64,000 nt of DNA from NCBI RefSeq assembly GCF_009914755.1, contig NC_060947.1. One strand, given 5' to 3'. Positions 59,330 to 64,000 of the stretch are shown here, piece by piece. Below the pieces are notes generated by a model. That model was not told the DNA's origin. It worked only from the letters and a program-made list of their open reading frames with translations, and did no database searches. The stretch's first letter is position 1, and every line of letters begins with the position of its first letter. Position numbers and translations under genes: made by a program. This DNA is from the human T2T-CHM13v2.0 reference genome, Homo sapiens.

Positions 59330-61864
59330 ATAATAAAATAATCATGAACATTTTTAAAGTAGAAAATTTTACCAAACTATATTCCACAAGATATACAAAT
59401 GATAATATATACTTGAATTTATTCCAGAAATGCAAGTTTGTTTTAACATTTGAAATTCAAACATTATGATTTACCACACTAACAGGCTAAAAAAGAAAAA
59501 GCACATGATCACTTCAATATGCCACAAATTTACATGACAAAATTTACTACATATTCATGGAAAAATTTTCACCAAAGAAAGAATAGAAAAAATATTACAA
59601 ATATTGATGGGCATCTACCAAAATCCTATGGAAAACATGATAATTAATGTGAAAGACTGAGTGTTTTTTCACTAAGGTTAGGACCAAGCCAGGAAGACTT
59701 TTCTCATCACTTCTATTAAATATTTTACTTGACTTTCTAGACGGTTCAATCAAACAAGAAAATAAAGAAAAAAATAAGAGAAAGACATGAGAGAAGAAAA
59801 GACAAGAAAGATAGGCACATATGTAAGAAAGAAAGAAGTATCACTGTTCCATTTGCAGATATTATTATTATTACCAAGAAAATTCCCATGAACCTCTGAA
59901 ATGAATACTATAACTTATAGAATGTAACAATGTTGCATATTACAAATTCAATATATATAAATTAATTATATTCTTAGGTACTACCAGCAAACAACTGGAA
60001 AACAAAATGACAAAATATTTCTACTTGCAGTAGCACTCATCTGTGGGAAGACTTGCTTGATGAAGAATGGCCACAAACTTTCAATTTATAAAAAGTGCAA
60101 TATCTGCAAAGTGCAATAAAATTAGATATGCTGGCACGTGTATCTCAAGTCATTACTTGTGAATCTCAAACGCACACAAATTTATTTTGTAGAAGGAGAA
60201 TAGTATGAGAAATTTACACCAATAAATTATGTATCCTAGATAACATAGACAAATTCCTAGAAATGCAAATTACCACAATTGATTCAGGAACAAAGAACCA
60301 AACACTGCATATTCTCACTCATAGGTGGGAATTGAACAATGAGAACACATGGACACAGGAAGGGGAACATCACAAACTGGGGACTGTTGTGGGGTGGGGG
60401 GAGGGGGGAGGGATAGCATTAGGAGATATACCTAATGCTAAATGACGAGTTAATGGATGCAGCACACCAGCATGGCACATGTATACATATGTAACTAACC
60501 TGCACATTGTGCACATGTACCCTAAAACTTAAAGTATAATAATAATAAAAAAATCGAACACATCTATAAACAGTTAAAAAAATTGGAAAAACAATTAAAA
60601 ACCCTCCAATGGAAAATAATGCAGAAACTGATGGGAATATGCTATTAAAGATCCTAAAAAAGACTTATAATAGGTTGAGTCTAGCAACCTATGAAAGAAT
60701 TACACATTATAACCAAGTAGAAATTATCTAGGGGTAAAGATAGTTCAACATACAAAATTCAATGAATATAATGCACCACATTAATAGTAGAAAAGAAAAA
60801 AAGATAATTTCAATTGATGCAGAAAATGTATATGACAAAGTCCAAAAATCTTTTATGAAAAAACACCCAACAGTTAAAAATAGAAGGAAATTTCTTGAAA
60901 CTGATTTTGAGCATTCACAAAACATCAAGAGCTAATTATGCTTAATTGTAAAAATAGACAATGTGTACAATCAAGAACAGAATGGAGATGACAGCCTTTA
61001 CCACTGCTACTCACCATTGTGATGGAAGTTCTAGCCAGAACAATTAAGGAAGAAAAAAAAAATAAAATACATTAAAATTGAAAAAAAAAAAGCAGCTAAA
61101 CTATTTGCAGATAACATGACCTTATATGTAGAAAATATGAAGGAATTCATAGACTATTAAAGCTAAAAACAAATTCTGCAAAGGTGCAGGATACAAGATC
61201 ATCATATAAAAGTCAGGAGGTATTTCTATAAACTAGCAATTACCAGTCTGAAAAGGAAATTAAGAACACTATTTCACTTAAATATCATCAATAAAATGCT
61301 TACGAGTAAACTTAACCAAAGAGGCAAAGACTTTTACAATGAAAACTACAAAACATTGCTAGAGAAGTTAAAGAAAACATAAGTAGATTAAAAGATATCC
61401 CATGTTCATAGATTGGAAGCAATATTATTAAGATGTCAATACTACTTACAGTATACAGATATCTGCAAATTCAACATAATTTCTATCAAAATCTCAATGA
61501 TGTTTTATTCCAGAAATAGAAAAATTCATCCTAAAATTAATATCAAAACTTAAGGAACCCAGATAGCCAAAACAATATTGAAAAATAAAACCCAATTTGG
61601 AGGACTTACACTTCTTGAACTTCAAAACTTACTATAAAACTTCAGTAATCAAAACATATAGACATACACATATAAAGACAGACATATAGACAAATGAAAT
61701 ATAATGAAAAGCCCAGATATAAACCCTTGAATATATTGTGATTTTCAACATGGATGCCAAGACAATTTAATGGGCAAAGCACAGCCTTTTTAACTGTCAT
61801 TTTGGTATTGGAACAACTGGATATACACATGCAAAAGAATAAATTTGAATGCCTAAACTACACC
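59330..61864 (+). mobile_element. Ancient L1M ORF2 fragments (at least two pieces)
   Basis: Degenerate RT-region sequence, e.g. ctatttgcagataacatgacc and attgatgcagaaaatgtatatgacaaa. Confidence 0.65.
60285..60552 (+). mobile_element. L1PA3-like 3'UTR fragment nested in old L1
   Basis: gctaaatgacgagttaatgg...caccagcatgg...gtaactaacctgcacattgtg plus tail. Confidence 0.88.
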
Positions 61865-62283
61865 TGCTAGGGCTTGAATATTTGTCTCCTATGAAACTCA
61901 CAGTTGAATCTTATTCCCAAATGTAATAGTGTTGGGGAGTGGTGTCATTGAAAAGTGATTGGGTCATGAGGCTTCTGCCTTCATGAATGGATTAATCCAT
62001 TCACGGATTAATCAATTAATGGGTTATTGCAGAAGTGGGTTAGTTATCACAAGAATGAGTCTAATATAAAATCCAGTTTGCTTCTCAGTGCACCTCTCTT
62101 GTCCTATAATGGCTTCCACCATGTTATCACACAGCATGAGGTCTTCACCAGCGGTCCAGTAGATGCAGCCATTCAATCTTGGACTCCTCAGCCTCCAGAA
62201 CTGTGAGTCAAAATAAACCTTTTTAAACATAAATTCCCTTGTCTTAGGTATACTGTTATAGCTACAGAAAATTGATTAGAACA
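61865..62283 (+). mobile_element. MST-family (MaLR) 5' LTR
   Basis: TG...CA termini, gattgggtcatgagg...atgaatggattaatccattca, cagcctccagaactgtgag. Followed by the MaLR internal start gaaaattggtacca. Confidence 0.8.
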
Positions 62284-62326
62284 GAAAATTGGTACCAGGA
62301 TGTGGGGCTGTTGCTAATAAAAAATA

Positions 62327-62712
62327 TGGCATAAAGAAAATGTGGTACATATACACCATTGAATACTATATAGCCATAAAAAGGAATAAGATCATGTACA
62401 CTTCAGGGACATAGATGAAGCTGAAAGCCATTACCACCAGGAAACTAATGCATGAACAGAAAACCAAACACCACATGATCTTGCTTATAAGTGGGAGCTG
62501 AACAATGAAACACCTGAACATAGGGAGGGGAAAAACACACACTGGGACATGTCAGGGGGTGGGTTGAGGGGAAGGAGAGCATTAGGAAAAATAGCTAATG
62601 CATTCTGGGCTCAAAAGCTAGGTGATGGGTTGACAGGTGCAGCAAATCACCATGGAACACGTTTACCTATGTAACAAACCTGCACATTCTGCACCAGAAC
62701 TGAAAATAAAAA
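62327..62712 (+). mobile_element. L1PA10/11-like 3' fragment
   Basis: ataaagaaaatgtggtacat...aggaaaaatagctaatgca...cacgtttacctatgtaac. Confidence 0.8.
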
Positions 62713-62892
62713 TAAATACCTGAAGATGTGAAAAGAGCTTTCAAACTAGGTAATGGGTAGAAACTGAAAGAGTTTGAAGGAACAGGTTAGAAAAAGCTTG
62801 GGTTGCCATAAATAGAACATTGAGGATAATTTTGGTACAAGTTCAGGATATGAGAGACTGGAGAAAGTCTGAATCTTCATAGAAATTACTTA

Positions 62893-63562
62893 CACTGTTG
62901 GTGGGACTGTAAACTAGTTCAACCATTGTGGAAGACAGTGTGGTGATTCCTCAAGGATCTAGAACTAGAAATACCATTTGACCCAGCCATCCCATTACTG
63001 GGTATATACGCAAAAGATTATAAATCATGCTGCTATAAAGACACATGCACATGTATGTTTATTGTGGCACTATTCACAATAGCAAAGACTTGGAACCAAC
63101 CCAAATGTCCATCAATGATAGACTGGATTAAGAAAATGTGGCACGTATACACCATGGAATACTACGCAGCCATGAAAAAGGATGAGTTCATGTCCTTTGT
63201 AGGGACATGGATGAAGCTGGAAACCATCATTCTCAGCAAACTATTGCAAGGACAGAAAACCCAACACTGCATGTTCTCACTCATAGGTGGGAATTGAACA
63301 ATGAGAACACTTGGACACAGGGTGGGGAACATCACACACCAGGGCCTGTTGTGGGGTGGGGGGAGCAGGGAGGGATAGCATTAGGAGATATACCTAATGT
63401 AAATGATAGGTTAATGGGTGCAGCACACCAACATGGCACGTGTATACATATGTAACAAACCTTCATGTTGTGCACATGTACCATAGAACTTAAAGTATAA
63501 TAAAAAAAAATACTTGTAAGGCAAGTACTCCAGGAGATAAATAAAAACTGAAAAATAAAAAA
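62893..63562 (+). mobile_element. L1PA5-like 3' fragment with a short 3' transduction
   Basis: TSD AGAAATTACTTA at 62881-62892 and 63563-63574. L1 ends at about 63510 and extra sequence occupies 63511-63562. Confidence 0.9.
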
Positions 63563-64000
63563 AGAAATTACTTAAATGGTCATAACCAGAATGCTGATAG
63601 AAATGTGGACAGTAGAGTCCATTCTGAGGAGGTCTCAGATGGAAGTGAGGCACAAGTACTGGAAACTGGAGTAAAGGCTATCCTTGCTATGTAGTGACAA
63701 ACAACTTAACAACTTGAATGAATTTTGTCTGTGTTTATGGACTTTGTGGAAGGCTGATATTAAGGATGAACTAGGATATCTGACAGAAGAAACGTCTAAG
63801 CAGTAAAGTATTCAGCCTGCTGCATACTGACTGTTGGCCACTTACAATGAGATGTTGGAGCAAAAGAATAGTTCACGGACAGAATTAGTGATTGAAATGG
63901 ATGCAGAACAGAAAGATGTGAAAAATTCATAGCCTGGCCATGTAAAGAGCAAAACAGTATGTATATGAGAACAAAACAAGGGTGTGGCTGAGAGACTGGT

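Larger units (their letters stand above)
62284..64000 (+). mobile_element. MST-int MaLR internal sequence, interrupted by two L1 inserts and running off the window
   Basis: gaaaattggtaccagga...; gaggaggtctcagatggaagtgagg...ggaaactggagtaaagg. Confidence 0.8.

Noticed and set aside
61983-62003. Palindrome tgaatggattaatccattca
   Set aside because: As I recall it is a standard part of MST LTR consensus sequence, so it is not locus-specific.

Overview
Primate genomic DNA, human or great-ape type judging by L1PA2 and AluY copies. It is AT-rich and dominated by retroelements: roughly 70% LINE-1 by my summed coordinates, plus 4 Alus, the 3' end of a class I ERV (env remnant and LTR), MaLR LTRs, and MIR, L2 and DNA-transposon relics. 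I can support no intact host protein-coding gene, RNA gene or CRISPR array, and nearly all listed ORFs are L1 ORF1/ORF2 fragments or antisense and repeat artefacts. I found no new biological system. The best leads are: (i) two locally templated insertions, a 261-bp tract copied over 15 kb from one L1 into another and a 54-bp MIR tract copied over 2.1 kb into an L1 5'UTR; (ii) a compact promoter-like motif cluster (RFX X-box, E-box, ETS) with a minus-strand splice donor at about 48.2-48.4 kb; (iii) two TSD-bounded 3' transductions, two twin-primed inversions, an internal ORF2 duplication and a 19-kb head-to-tail L1 stack; (iv) a near full-length L1PA4-like copy whose ORF2 is still open through the endonuclease domain. 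Subfamily names are recalled by eye from diagnostic motifs and need RepeatMasker/Dfam confirmation.
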